Positions 27,282 to 41,300 of a stretch of 64,000 bases of DNA are shown here, in pieces. The notes under the pieces were generated by a model. It was not told the DNA's origin. It did not search any database and saw nothing but the letters and a program-made list of their open reading frames with translations. This DNA is from a virus, in IMG/VR virus record IMGVR_UViG_3300032304_000721, positions 1 to 64,000 of that record; one strand, 5' to 3'. The position numbers and the translations under genes are program-made. Within the stretch, counting starts at the first letter, position 1; the number at the start of each line of letters is the position of its first letter.

Positions 27282-28562
27282 TTATTTAATTGTTACTATA
27301 GCTTCCACAGTTCCTACGCCTGTGTCTAACTTATCTCTAAGTGCGCGGCCAATTACATTAAATGCTGTGGCCTCACCTACTTGTGCAGCTCTTGCCTGTC
27401 CGTTGCCGGCACTGACCAGTCTGTCGCCTTTCAGCACTGATCCAACGACATTAACAGGAACTCGTCCAGTCATTGCAACTGGGGGATGTGTAGCGTCTGA
27501 GCCTGCCAAACTGTTCATTAAATATGCTGCTCGTGTACTTATGACTCCAAACACTTTTTCGCTTAATTCAGCAGAAACTTGGGTGATTTCTGCTGAGCCG
27601 CCCAGCTCAACCACAGTGCCCGGAAGCAAAACTTCGTCGGCTTCAAAGCGTTCTGCAACGTCGGCATAGTTGGCGTTGATTTGATTGCCGCTGATAGCAC
27701 CATTGGCGCCAAACATGGTCAAGGTTGGTGTTGTGTTTCCTGCAACATTGACGCCAAAATACAGATTGCCACCCGATGTTTGATTTCTTATTGTAACGTC
27801 GTTAACAGCTACTGAAACTCTAAAGTTACTGCTGGAACCAACTGCTAGACCAGTATTATTAAGTACTGACATGGTGCCAGTTGTGCTAGTGTTAGCATCA
27901 GAGCGCATAAAACTACTACTACCCAAGTTGTCTAAATATTGTGAGTTAGTGGCTGTGCCTTGAAATAATGGAACTTGACTTCCAATTATAGTTGCTAGAG
28001 TTATACCAGGACGCACTGTGGTGAATCCAGTAATTGCAACAGCAGGGGTAAAAGTTGCATCCTTGCTGATAATGCCTACAATACTGTCGTTTACAAACAA
28101 TTCAATAACAGTGTGAGCAACACTTGTGTTATCTGTAATTGTGGCTGCAATAGCACCAGTGGTGCCTTGGCCGGCTGTGAATTGTGGCCCGACTAATAAA
28201 AAAGCTGTGCCGGTCCATACGTTTAATTGTTGGTTTGTAGTGTCGTACCATAAGTCACCAGTTACGTTGTTGGTTGGGGCAGTTGAACTAGAAGTAGCAC
28301 TACTAATAGTTTTCCAGTTAGTGCCAGTATACACCTTCATTAAGCTGTTGCCAGAATCCCACCAAAGTTGACCAGTAAGTGGTGCGCCTGGTGCGGTGGT
28401 GTTTGATGCATTTTCTAACAGGTGGATAAAGTTGGTATCTAAAAATTGACCGTATCCAGCGTAGTTTTTACCCACTAGGGTCATTGAGCTGGAGGTATTG
28501 ATTGTACCGTCTGCTATGGTAGCAAATAATGCACCATCTGTTAAATTAATTGTATATGACAT
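27282..28562 (-). CDS. Tail fibre/spike protein with C-terminal intramolecular chaperone (peptidase G2-like) domain
   Basis: LVGKNYAGYG..N..HLLENA, repeated G(Q/D)LW(W/Y)D motifs; C-terminal YADVAERF...PGTVV...VFGVIST...GRVPV.V.G.V.KGD.LV. Confidence 0.72.
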   Translation of the reverse strand: MSYTINLTDGALFATIADGTINTSSSMTLVGKNYAGYGQFLDTNFIHLLENASNTTAPGAPLTGQLWWDSGNSLMKVYTGTNWKTISSATSSSTAPTNNVTGDLWYDTTNQQLNVWTGTAFLLVGPQFTAGQGTTGAIAATITDNTSVAHTVIELFVNDSIVGIISKDATFTPAVAITGFTTVRPGITLATIIGSQVPLFQGTATNSQYLDNLGSSSFMRSDANTSTTGTMSVLNNTGLAVGSSSNFRVSVAVNDVTIRNQTSGGNLYFGVNVAGNTTPTLTMFGANGAISGNQINANYADVAERFEADEVLLPGTVVELGGSAEITQVSAELSEKVFGVISTRAAYLMNSLAGSDATHPPVAMTGRVPVNVVGSVLKGDRLVSAGNGQARAAQVGEATAFNVIGRALRDKLDTGVGTVEAIVTIK

Positions 28563-28582
28563 TTTATTGCTCCGTATTCATG

Positions 28583-28613
28583 TATTTACCGCAAAATAAT
28601 ATACTCATATTTA
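28583..28613 (-). promoter_or_regulatory. Two putative late promoters (TAAATA)
   Basis: TATTTA on + strand at 28583-28588 and 28608-28613, upstream of the 28562 start with a GGAG RBS. Confidence 0.6.
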
Positions 28614-29216
28614 TGCCGCACTCAAGTTAGTTAATGTTTGAATACGCAAAGTATAATCTATCTGTATCTGACGATTTAAACTCTTTTGTACGGGGTGGAA
28701 AATTACATGGGTGATCAATAATAAATCACTAGCACTTCCATTCCAGCACTGTAACCCTAGCTCGTCGAACACATACTCACCATTAAAATTGGTGCTGTTA
28801 TCAAATGCTTGTTGTCCAGCAGGCTCGCCATAATCCAACAAACAAGTGGTTATAATATCGGTGTACACATTGCCCGATGTGTGTACCACAGTCATGTAGT
28901 TGTTGGCAGGATCTGTGTTGGCAGCTGAGTTATCATCAACCACCTTGCTGTAGGTTTCGTTATACAGGCTGGCATTTTGTCCAGTGGTGTTTGGCGGCAA
29001 ATAGGTAATAACACCTGTGGGATCTACAGCACTTCCGCCGTTGCCAAAGGCCATTTTATAAATGTATCCGGTGTTTCTATCAGCTAACGTATTGGCCATG
29101 CAGATACTGATATTTTCATAGTGAATTGCGTTCTTTTTATCCAACAAGACTGCGCCGGTGGCAGGATCTGTAATTTTGACAAACCCTTCAATTTTGCATA
29201 GGCCTGGTTGGATCAT
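28611..29216 (-). CDS. Baseplate/tail-fibre attachment structural protein
   Basis: KNAIHYEN, MAFGNGG, FDELGL, THVIFHPVQKS..R.I.IDYTLRI, resembling tail-collar/fibre-anchor proteins; position in tail module. Confidence 0.6.
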   Translation of the reverse strand: MIQPGLCKIEGFVKITDPATGAVLLDKKNAIHYENISICMANTLADRNTGYIYKMAFGNGGSAVDPTGVITYLPPNTTGQNASLYNETYSKVVDDNSAANTDPANNYMTVVHTSGNVYTDIITTCLLDYGEPAGQQAFDNSTNFNGEYVFDELGLQCWNGSASDLLLITHVIFHPVQKSLNRQIQIDYTLRIQTLTNLSAA

Positions 29217-29344
29217 GCTCGTTTCTCCACAAATACTTGTTTGGTTTTTGGATCAAAAATCTTTACGAATCCTTCAACACTAATAGACCCAGTTTCATTA
29301 GGGCGTTTTGTTGCAGGAGTTGGTTGTTTAGTAGTATCGCTCAT
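29213..29344 (-). CDS. 43-aa small protein (not in ORF track)
   Basis: MSDTTKQPTPATKRPNETGSISVEGFVKIFDPKTKQVFVEKRA*; ATGA overlap with 29216 start; TAAATA 7 nt upstream. Confidence 0.75.
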   Translation of the reverse strand: MSDTTKQPTPATKRPNETGSISVEGFVKIFDPKTKQVFVEKRA

Positions 29345-29351
29345 TGTAATT

Positions 29352-29357
29352 TATTTA
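29352..29357 (-). promoter_or_regulatory. Putative late promoter (TAAATA)
   Basis: In the short intergenic gap after the giant gene, 7 nt before ATG 29344. Confidence 0.55.
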
Positions 29358-29363
29358 CCTGTA

Positions 29364-32300
29364 TTATAGGCCCCGTAAAAACCTTGCGGCCTGTGTTTCG
29401 GTAATCTGCAACGGATTACCATTGCTGGCAGTGCCGGTTCCTTGCTCATACCAGGTAACACCGCGCCGCACTAGCATGGTTACTTCGGAACCAGTAGCAG
29501 GAGCTGTTTCAAACACAATTTCAGCTGGGTTACTAGCAACAAGTGTGTAGCCAGAAACTTGAACTATGGATTCAGCTTCTGGAGCAGTCACAAATGTCAA
29601 CGTTGTTTCTGTTATTGAGTAATCTGTAACATTGGTTTGCACTGCTCCGTTAACAGTTACAATTGAATCTGTCAATGCAACTATTCCAGTTAATGCAAAT
29701 CCAACAGTGCTACCGTCGCCAATAAAGTGTTCTGATTGTTTGAATCCGCCCACGTATACTTCAAGTGCATCCAAGCGTAACGTACTGTCCTCAGGAGTTA
29801 AATTGATATTGTCTGCTGTAAACACAGTAGTGGTTCCATCACCTAATGTGCTGGTACTTACAATGTAATCTTGATATTGTTCTGGTAACAAGTTACCTCG
29901 GCCCATATTGTAAACTATAGCGCCATTGTCATGTGCTGTAACGGCGGTGCCAGCTGTGCCACGCATCAATCCACTGATAGTATTGTTTACAGTGTCTCTA
30001 TAACGATACATAATACGTTCAGCGTCTATAGTTGCAACTCCCCAAACGTTGATATCAAAATTAGGTTCGGCTAGCGTATTGGCATTGTCTACATAAATTA
30101 TATCAGCATTGACAGTCACAGCAGCTGTGGTTGTAGTAGTGGTTTCTGGAGTGATACGGTAGGTAGCCTGTACTCCACGCATGTCTTGGAATATGCGGAA
30201 GGCCATGCTTTCCGGCACTACAAAATTTGTGAACTGTGTTATCATAACCACGTCTGCAGCACTCAATATTCCTGAAGTTAAAATTACCTCAGTTCCGCTC
30301 ACAGTGAATCCAATATTATTAAATAACCTACGACCATTTAATGATACCAATAGACGATCTGGGTCTGTTATTACAACACCCATATCAAGATTGTTTGCAG
30401 TTACAGTAATTCCAGAACTATAATCGTAACTGCCCGGGGCATTGGTAATAAGTCCAACATCAAAGTCAGTACTGTCGTATGGTTCTACTACTGTAACTCC
30501 TGTGGTTACTGGTCCAACAAAACACTGACTTAATATTTGTTGTTGGCGTGTATCATTCCATGTTGTAACAGCTATCACATCGCCAGTAACCGGAACAAGT
30601 CCGTTGCCCAAGTTAAACACTAATTGATTACCGTTGACATAGCATTGAGTATTGGTTATTACATAAATCAATATTTCAGAATCAACAGGTGGTTCTGTAA
30701 TAAAAATCACTTCTCTTGGTGTACCGTCGTAGGGTTCTAATATAAAATCTACAAGTAAAATTTGTGGCTCATTATCAACATACACATGCACTTCGTTGTC
30801 TACAATTAAAGACTGACTGAATCCCAATCTGTCTGGCAAGGTATAGGCAGTGCTGCCATCACCAATATGACGTATTCCGGCGGCGGTCCTAGCACGGACA
30901 CCGTTGACTGTGACTATTACGCTGTCTGGATTCACATACTCAAGATTATTGTCAAGGGTGTAAGTTAATACAGAAGTAACGCCATTAATCAACTGAGTTT
31001 GCGGCATACTCCAACTATAATCAATTGTAGTAGCATTTACCACAGTAGGTGCAATTACATACAAGGTAATACTGTCAGTGTTGGTGTAGGTTGTATCAAA
31101 GGTAACAGTTGTATTCTGGTCGCCATCTGCGGCATAGGTATAATCTGTGGTTATTACACCGTTTACAAAGATCACAAATTCTTGTATTTGTTCAGACCCA
31201 GTAGCAGTGTAATAAGCCACAGGTACAGTCACAGTATTACCTACATCGGCACCGTTGTAGATATTTTTATAAAGTTGGTTGCCACCACCAATTTCATAGG
31301 CAGTGATTACAATCACATTGCCTGCCTGTACATTACCACCGGGTATCATAGTTACAGTTTGGGCCACATAATCCACTGTGTAATCACTACCCAAATGCAA
31401 ATCTATACTTTGAGTTTGATTGGCTACAGTTACCAGTGCTGTGTATGGCAACAACCCAGCAAAGCTCAAACTTAATTCGGACAAACTCAAGGTGTATTTG
31501 ACGTTGGCACTTGGAAATCCGTGGCCGCGTTGCAACCAGTCTGCTCCAGGGCGTGTGTATACACGTAGATCCAGGGTGTCAAATTCACTACCTGGCACCA
31601 ACTCTTCTGGAGCATGGCTGCTGTAAGGACCAACATACTCGCCACCATCCACATTGATGTCTGTGGCTCTGGTGCCAAGATATGGGTCTATGTATTGGCT
31701 CGAATAGCGAGCATCCAAGATTGCTGGGTCGTAGGTTGGGCGACCGTTTTCATCAAACGAGATATTGTCAAACGGATTTATATCATAATTGCCTACGTCA
31801 AATCCAGTATTTTGATTAAAGTCTGGAGCATCAACTTGTACGCCTGGATAGCTAACTCCGTCAATTAACAGTGGCAAGCTAAGTCCAGGCATGTTAACTG
31901 TGGGGACATAAAATCCCATGGTGCGATCTACACCACTCAATGAGTCGGCATCAACCAAGGTCCAATCTTCAACAACAAAAACAGAAGACGATTGCGTGGC
32001 ATCAGCCGACCAAACAAGGTTGTTCCAACGCACCTGTTCACCTTCAGCATACACTACATCTGCTTGCCATTCATAAATGGTAGTGACATATTGATAACGG
32101 TCGTACTTGATAGTGGTCTTGATACTTCTGACTAAATTGTTACCCATCACCGGCACTAATTTTATAGCGGATGTGGTAAAGTTAGGGTATGTCCCGTTAA
32201 TAGCAATTAATGGAGTAGTTAAGTAACCAGATCCAGCGACTGTTACGGTAACGGTGGATATGGTGCGATTGGCTCTGAGAACGGCTGTGGCCTGGGCACG

Positions 32301-35300
32301 TGGGCCTGTGTAGGTTAACGTTACGGTGCCGTTGACCACACTGCCTGCGGTAACGGTTGGCGCTGTGCTGTTGGTAGTTCCAGCCACAGTCACAGTGTAA
32401 AGATTGTTTCGATAAGCAATTTGCTCTCCAACCGTGTATGCCGTATTGGCTTGCCATTCAGCACCGATAGTTATAACTGGCACTGTGACATATGTAGTTG
32501 TGGTATCAATCACAGCAATGCTGTCTACGCTCAAAGTATAGTTATTAAACCAGTCACTCCAGGGACGCTCTAACCATATCTGTGCGTTGCTGGCAGCATC
32601 ACTGATGAATGATTGATTGACACTGTCACTGTAGGTGTACGGTGTTAATACTGGACTTATAAATTGTGGAAGATCCAATGTGGTGTTCCAGTAGGCAGGT
32701 ACATCATAGTCGGTTAATGCGCCGGGATATGTGTCAATGCCATCATAGATCAAGTTAAACGCAAGGTTCTGTACGTGGTACGGCTTGACCTCGTTTAGAT
32801 AATCCAACACAAAAGTTTGGTTGTCTGGTTGATATAGTTCATACGGCAACAGGCCGCGGATTACGTGATCCACGTTGATATAGCTGGATTTGAATAACCA
32901 GTTAGGGCTTGTAAATTCGCTGTATATAAATTTGAATGTCAATATCAATGCTTGATTGCGATTAATAAGCAAATCATCAATGAACAATTCTTCGTTGATA
33001 GCTTTGATAATTTGACGAGTTTCGATTACAGGTTCTTGGTCAAAATAATTGGCATCAAACACTTCAACATCAAACCCAAATCCGCCGGCAGTATAATCCC
33101 ACAACACTGAACTAAACTCAATGGTGCCATCCTCAAGTCCCACACGGTCCCATCCCAACGCAGTACGCAGATAAATTTCAAATTTACCTTGACCGTTGGC
33201 CGTGACCTTGACACTACTACCTACTGGCGCTGTACTTAAACTTAAAGTTTGTAGTCCGGCTGTGTTCGCCACTGTTGCAACAGGCTGAATACTGCTGTTG
33301 TATCCAGGAAGGTACCAATTAATATAATTCCAATATAATGGAGTGTCGTAGTTTTGTACTTGTACTAGATTCAATACACGTTCGCCAGGTAGAGTACCAA
33401 GAGCAACTTCGTATATGGTCCAACGGCCATTCTGACTTGTGTCAGTTTGTACCAGGTATAGATAGCCAATAGGCACCACATTGAGATCTTGATAAGCTAA
33501 TATTTCCAACGTGGCCACTTCAAAATCCCATGCACCTGTGTTGGCAGCCGGAGTAGGCTCGCTGCTATTCAACAAATTAAAACTGCGAGTTTCGCTAATA
33601 GGATATTGCGCCAATACAGTGTTGGCATAGCCTAGATAATTTTCTAGCGCCGTAAAGCGATTAACAAACATGCTTTGACGTGGGCGGAATTGCACACCAT
33701 ATTGCATGCCCGGACTCAACAGTGGATCTGGTACAGCGGCACCTGCAGTGGTTACACCGCAAAAGCTGTCTAAAAATTTACGATATAAATTTGCATTTAA
33801 AAATGCATCAGCTTTGCCATCGGCAATGAACGCATATTCTGTGTGTATGTCATTGTCACCACCCGGAGCTTGCCGGTCATACTCAATGTGTAATATAGTG
33901 TCAAAGGCCGACAACAGGGTGTCAGCATTGTAGATAGCAACAGAGTTGGCTGACAAGGCTGCTATGTAAGGTAAGCCACTGCTGAGCGGATTCAAAATAT
34001 AACTGGCAATGGCGGTAGCACTTAGCGTTTTGCCTTGCGCAGTTGCTACAGTGTTGATTCCAGCCACCCAAAAATAATATGTTGTGATTAACAACCCTTG
34101 ATTGTTAATGGACGAGTAAACAGTATAACTGGTAGTGCTGAGTGGGGTGCCTGTGCCTGTGTAGTTGACTGGTGGCACTGAACTAGCAATCCATTGATAG
34201 ATGTCAATAGTGCTGCCGGGAAATACTTGACCCCACCTGCGGCTGGCATAATCTATATTGTCTTGGTTGGCATCAATAAACCTAACTGAGTTGGTATCCC
34301 ACCAGATTTCTCCTTCGTGTGACGGGCCCCAGCTGGTGCCTATGTTGTGTACTGTTCCAGTATTGTAACTGGCTGGATCTACTGCACCAATGTAATCAAT
34401 GTTTCTGCGGGCTACACCCAAGATTTTACCTTGTAAGGGATCAATAAAATCAAAGTAGGTCTGTGTGCTGTTTAACAGTTTATCATATGAGTACACTGAA
34501 TTAATTAGATTTACATCAACCATGGGTTGTTGAGAGTAGATTACTTGCCATACTGCGGCATCGTTGGCATTGTTTAATACTGACACACCTCCGTAATTTC
34601 CAGTGCTATCACCTAAATCGCTACCAGGTGCACCCACTAGCAATCTGCCGTTTCTGTAGTTGACTGCTGTGCCGAACAGGTCTCCAGTGGCCAAGGTAGT
34701 TGTATATACTTGTTGTCCAAATACAAACTGTCCTGGATTGGCTACACTGCTGTCGGCACTAGGCAAGAAATCATATGTAAACACCACCCCAGAATTACTA
34801 ATAAATCCAAAGAATGTAGTGCTACGATCATCAAAGTATGTTTTGCCAGCGTCAAAGGTAGTAGGTTCGTACACGCTGCCATTGGGTGCACCTACTACTA
34901 GATTTGTAGCACTGGAATTTACATTCACTGCTGCACCAAACTGTGCAAAATCTGTAGGTGCTGGGCTTGTGATAGTTTGTGCGTAAGCATAGGTTACAAA
35001 GCCAAGATCATAAAATGCTGAACCAATGGTGCTGTCGTCTGCGGCAACTCCTGGCAACACCGTGAGCTTGTTAAATTGTTCGGCTGCAGCAAGATTTATC
35101 ACACTCACTGTCATGCGGCCAGCTACTACTAAAATCTCTGCACCCAAAACGGGAGTTGATACAAATGCAATCTGCTGTAGGGTATTGTTATAGGAGTAGT
35201 TCACTCCGGCAGTTTGTAACACATCATCAATGTAGACCAGTGTAGTATATGCGCTGGCAGCAGAATAAATGTTGCCAACGTTGAATATTTTTGTTATGCC

Positions 35301-38300
35301 GTCGCCAGTTAATATAACATTGGTTGCGTTGGCTGCTACCACATTAGGTATACCAGCAGAATTAATGGCTGCTACTAGTCCGGCTACAGTATTATTGGGA
35401 CTATTTGGCACAGCAACTTCTATATGGTTAATGCGAATAGTATCGCCAGCGATCAATGTAGGGTTGGCCACAGTGCTGGTGATTATGCCATATAACCTTG
35501 ACTGATTTACCTGACGCTCAACCATACCAGCTTGTGGAACTCCGCTAGCACTGGAATCAAGTGGTGCGCCAACATATACACTACAACTGGTAGGGCAGAT
35601 ATCTATGCTGTGACCAAATTGTGATTCGTCGATTACGTTATCGGCCGTGAATCTTTGTACAAATTGGAATTGGTTAGTTTCAATTTCTAAAGTATCGCCT
35701 ACAGTCAAGGACACCGAGCTGGACAACACAATAGTACTTCCATTTATGGTAAATTGTCCGTTGATATATTGAGCTGTGTCGGTTAGGTATTGATTGTTTA
35801 ATACCACTGCTACAGGATTGTCGTAGTCGCCCGGAATGGCGTAGATTAGCTGGGAAGCATCGGTGATTATGTATCTGACTACACTGCGATCAAATGCGTA
35901 CACTGCACCTGCATTGGGAATGGTATCTCCTTCAGCATCCACAGCACTGTCATACGGTGCGCCTGCTAGTATTTGAGTACCTACTGTGTTGGTAGTAAGA
36001 CTGTGGCCAAGTTGGGCATTAGGATCAACTGTGATAGGATAGTAATTAGAGTCAAGTGTGTTCACATACTGCCAATATGCACCAACAGTAGCTGATTGTA
36101 CCGCAATAATAGCACCTGGTGCCGGCACAGTGACAAATGTAAGTGTGCCACTGCTGAATGTGTAATCAATATAAGGACGTTGTAGTACGCCGTCAACAAG
36201 TACTGTAAATGAGTCATACGTGGTCACTGTGTACAAGTAATTTGTTAAAGAAAACACTGAGGTATTGTCAACTCCGTTGCCCGTCCATGTAAATCCAGTG
36301 ATGCCACCGCTAGTGACTTCAGTAACCGTGACAGTAATATTGTTGGCTGCACTTCCTGTGGGATCAACCTGCAGGTAACTAATGGTCAATTGATTGCCAA
36401 CTACATAATTGATACCGGGCGCTGACAAGCTGACTGAATAATCTCCGCGAGTATTAGTCACGGTGAATGTGGCGCCAGACCCTGCCCCTGTGGTGCTGTT
36501 TTGTACTACTCCAAGATAAGTTTCAAAATCCAACTGCACTGATGAGCGACGACGGATACGCACAACGTTGTTGGCGCTAGGTGGGTTTAAAAATTGAACC
36601 AAAACATCATTGATAATGTAATCTGTACCATACACCTGCAAGCTGTTATTAAAAGTTACTAACAACTGATCAGGATATGTTGGATCAATCATGATATCAT
36701 TGTTGTAGACAAATGTAGCTGTTGTTCCGTCAGTGACATAAGTTACTGATTGATTAGGAACATCAACTCGGCCGTATGCGTAAACTTGATTTGCCTCGGG
36801 CGCACTAATATACATCCAACGTTCGTTGTCGCTTATTTGTACCGCGGTTCCAAACCCAGTAGCACTAAAATTTTCATCTGGTGCCACTAACAATTGTGTT
36901 TGTATGTAATCGTTTGAGCCAGGAACCAGATAAAGTATTGTGGCATAACCTGCGCCAGAATTACTGGTATTTGCACCAGCTACTGCCCAGGTACGATTAC
37001 CAAAGTCTACACTGCATCCGTAGCCGCTAGTGTCTGTGGCCAGCAGTAATAGGTCTGTATTTTCTACATAGTCGTTGACGTCGCCTAAACGATAAGTGTA
37101 AACTGATCCTGCGCCATTTGCAGCGGCAGGCGCCCCTACTAATAAAGCGTAATTATTGGCACTTTGAGACACACTGGTACCAAACAATGAATTAACTTCT
37201 GGATTGTTTGCCGACAAGGTATCAATAGACGCAAATGGATTGGTCTTTTGTAGCACTTGCCAGTGGCCTGATCCGTCATTGTCAACCCAGGCTGTGGCAC
37301 CAGGAATAAGTTGATTTACATAAGGCAAGGTACTAACATCACTTGCCTGTGCCACACGCATGGTTTGTAGGTAAAAGGCAATGCCTACTCCAGTGAGTGT
37401 GGTCTGGTTGGAGTTGGTAAATGCATATTGAATAACTACTGTGTCGATGGTTGGACGGCTCAACACACGGTACACACCATCCACTACATCGCTGAAGTAA
37501 CGAATAATTATTAAGTCACCTACTGCAAGGTCAACTGTGGTGCTGAACTGGGCGCGGCTGGTGCCGTTAAGATTATCGGTGATTTGTGTCACACGACCTG
37601 TGACCTGGGCACACTGATAAATGTTCCAGTCATAGCTGTTGTCTTGTGCTACCCAGATTGTAGTGCCGTTGCCAACTGTGCTTAGATTGGCCGCAATGTT
37701 GTTGGGGTCGTTGAGATTGAATACTGTGATGTCTACATCATTGATATTGACATAGCCTGCAGTTGGCAAGGCAGTGTCTGAATCGGTGCTGTAGGTTGTT
37801 GGCAAGATGTTGGTGTTAGGTATTGCATAACTTTCGGCCCAAAGATTGCTTAACAAGATAGCCTGATCTGCTTGGCTTTCTGTTCCTGGCTGAACAATCT
37901 GTACCGTACTAGGGTTACCGGTCAGTACCGCTTCATTAAGAGCAATTTCAAACCAACTGCGGTTGGCATTGGCGCCGTAAGTTCCAACCAGGATGCCCCA
38001 ATTTTCATATATGTTGTATTGTGCTGACAACTCGTTAAAGTTAACCTGCGTAAACAAGTCTGTGGCCTGCGTGGTTCCTTTGGTTTTAATAAACTGTTGA
38101 TACAAACTTATCTGACTAGTATCGCTTAAATCTAAATCCACCATGTACTGTCTTGGGTTAAATCCAATTAAGTTATAGGCTAGTAAGTCGTTATCTCTGT
38201 TAAGGTTTGCAGTTTGTGTGTTATAACTGTTGGCCAACTGGTCTGCCTTGGTCGCCAAGTTTTGCAACAATCCTTGTTGTACAGCATCATAGTTGCTCTT

Positions 38301-41300
38301 GTACCAGTCCGCGTATTCAAACTTGAGTTTGGGCTGTACGATTGTCGCGGCTTGCCAATAACTATTTTTGTAAATGACAATGTCGCCTTTAGTATATTTG
38401 GTATTGGCCTTCCATGCCACCACATTGTTTTGATTTAATATAAAGCCTTGGGCATTTAAGGTGCCGTTCCATTGAGTACTTGTGGCAGCTATCAGTTTGA
38501 GACGACTTTGTCTTTCACCTGTGACAGTGTTGTAGATCAAATCGTTGAAGATTGTGCGATTGTCTAGCACTACCATATCTTCGTAGTCGGTAAATTTCAA
38601 TTGCAAATAACTGATAGTTTGATTACCGCTAGGTTCTGGGTTAAGCGTAAATGTATTACCTTCGCGTTGGATAATCAAATTTCTAGCATTAAATGCCTGA
38701 CGATTTTGATCCAACAGCAAATTCTCTGGAGTGTAGGTCACAATAGAATCTACCACTGCTCCAGCGCGGAATGATATAACTTGAGTAGCTGAAGGATTTA
38801 GGTTGATAATTGTCCCAGTGGCCCAACCCTGATTGGCAAAATACAAGAATTCTTGAGCCATCTGAATCCAGTTCAAGGTATAGCCGTTTTCCTGGGCGAT
38901 AAATGTGAGTCCTTGACTAGCCAGGTATTGTCCGTAGCTCAATAAGAAATCTACCACACTGGTCAAGTTGGTAAAGGTATAGCCATAGGGTATTTGTACT
39001 GTGCGGTCGGTGTACTGTTTGGGAACAGTTACTGATATGTTTCCACCTGTAAGCGTTTGTGTAAGGCCGGCAACCTGGCTAGCCAGAGTTGAAAAATATG
39101 GATTGACAGTGCTGTAGCCGTACACACTGTAGCCGCCATCAACCACTTCCACAATCACAGCACTATAGTTTATTCTGTTAAATGGCTGATTTTTGTATAG
39201 TAATAGGTTGTAACTCTCAGGAGGAATTAACAAACTGCTATTCTGGCTGTTGGGACTACCTTTCTCCAAGTACATGGCCAAGTTTTGTTGTGTAATAAAT
39301 GACGCGGCCCGATAACACAAGCGCACATCTAGATTGGCTAGGTCTGTGGTTAAGGCGTCGGTGCTATCAATACCCAACTGTTGATTATAGTCAACAATCC
39401 AGTTAATATAACTGGCTTTGCTGACACCATTGCCGTAGACTTGTATGTTTTGCGGCTGTATTCTATAACGACCCTTGTAGAGGTACTGATCGAATTCTGC
39501 ACTGTATTTGTAGAGGTCTCGGTCAGCAAACAAGCTGAAGAATTCTGCCGGGCGTGTAAGGATTAATAATCGCATTACAGCAAATGGATAACTGCTGCTT
39601 GACCACCATGACGCCTCTACAGGGCCGCCGTCACCTACTTGCCAACTCTTAACAAATCCCTGCGGATTGTAAGCGCCCATAACACTGTAGAAAGGTGGCA
39701 ACAACTGTCCTTGACTGTCAACAGGAATTACATCAGTTAATTCTGATCGTATATACTTGGGATTTATGTAAGGTACAACAGGATCCTTAACTAAGCCTGC
39801 GGCTAGGTCTTCCCATAGCACCAAGTTGTCACTAGTGTATGGTGCTGGACCGTAGGTATTTTCCCACCATTCTGGCTGTTCGCTTAGTCCTAACATTTCC
39901 CATGGTGTGATGTTTGGAGTTAACGTATCATAGAAGTAACGATAGATACCGCGCCATGCGCCAAGCAATGGCGCTTGGTCAAGTCTGTTGCCGGCTTGAC
40001 TGTAGTTGTAGGTAAATTCGTTGTCAGCAATGTACGTCTGCGCGGTATAGTCTAACTTGTTGGCACCAACCCAGGCTAAGAAATTTTCACCCAAAATTTG
40101 AGTAACTTCTGCTTGTGTATAATCTGTAGTGCGGAAATAGCCAGGAATTACATCCTCGGCTACTAAAGGAGGAGGGTTGCCATCATTCTTTAGATTGCTA
40201 AAAATACGTTGTTCAAATTCTAATAATACTTGATCTCGGATGTCACCAAACGCTACGGTAATACTTCCGTCGTGACCTTGAATAACTGGCGTAGGATTTA
40301 CATAATCTTCATCTAAGAAAATTTTAGGTTCATATTTAGGATACAGGCCTAATTTAGTAGGAGTGTTGGGAACAAAATTACCAGCGGTGTCTGCATATTC
40401 ATTGATAGTAACTACGTCGCCCACTGTCAATGGTATGGATATGGTCAAGGTGGGACCTTCAGTGCTGACCACATACTGGTAATTGCGTGTTAGTAAAACG
40501 TCATTAACATACACACATAGACCTAGATAATTTGATTCAGTAAAACTGTAGGTCTGTGTGGTATTAAACGTGTTGGTAGTTATTGGATTAACAGTGTAAC
40601 TATTTGAAGTAAACACAGTGCCAGTGGGCAACATGTCGCTCCAATAAAATGGATTTAGATCAGTTCTGCCTGCTGTAATTTGAGCAATTGATTGATCCAA
40701 CAATTTAGCCACGGTCCAATTGTCGTAGTCTGCAATACCAAATGTGGTCACAGCGTTTAACAATTGTGATTTAAATTTAATGTATTCTGTGCTGTTATAG
40801 GCCAACGATGCAAAAATATCATAGTTGGCATCACGCATAAAATATCCGGTCAAGGTTAATGGCGAGCTTTGTTGTAAAATCTGTAGGCCGTAGGGAACAA
40901 TGTTGCCTAGGTCTCTAGTATTGTTGGGGCCTATGGCTGGACCTTGCAATGCTATGAGATTTTCTGCAAGTCCAATGTAATGATTGCGTATAGTGCCCAG
41001 GGTAAATTGATTACTATTGCCGTTTAGAGGATTGTTTTCTAAATTAATAGGAACTTCATAAAATCCAGCCACACTAACTTGATCACTCAACACTGTTACT
41101 TCAATCAAATCACCAGGCACATACGTGGTCAACAAATTGATTGTGGTAGTGTTGGAGCCTACTGTGTACTGATAATTATAGGCTTCTTGAAATTGTCCAT
41201 TGGCATATATTTGTACGGCAGGAACTGTGGTATTGGCATTGACAGCCACATCCAATAGGAGTGGGCTTCCATCATAAGTGAATTGAAACTGCTGACGTAC

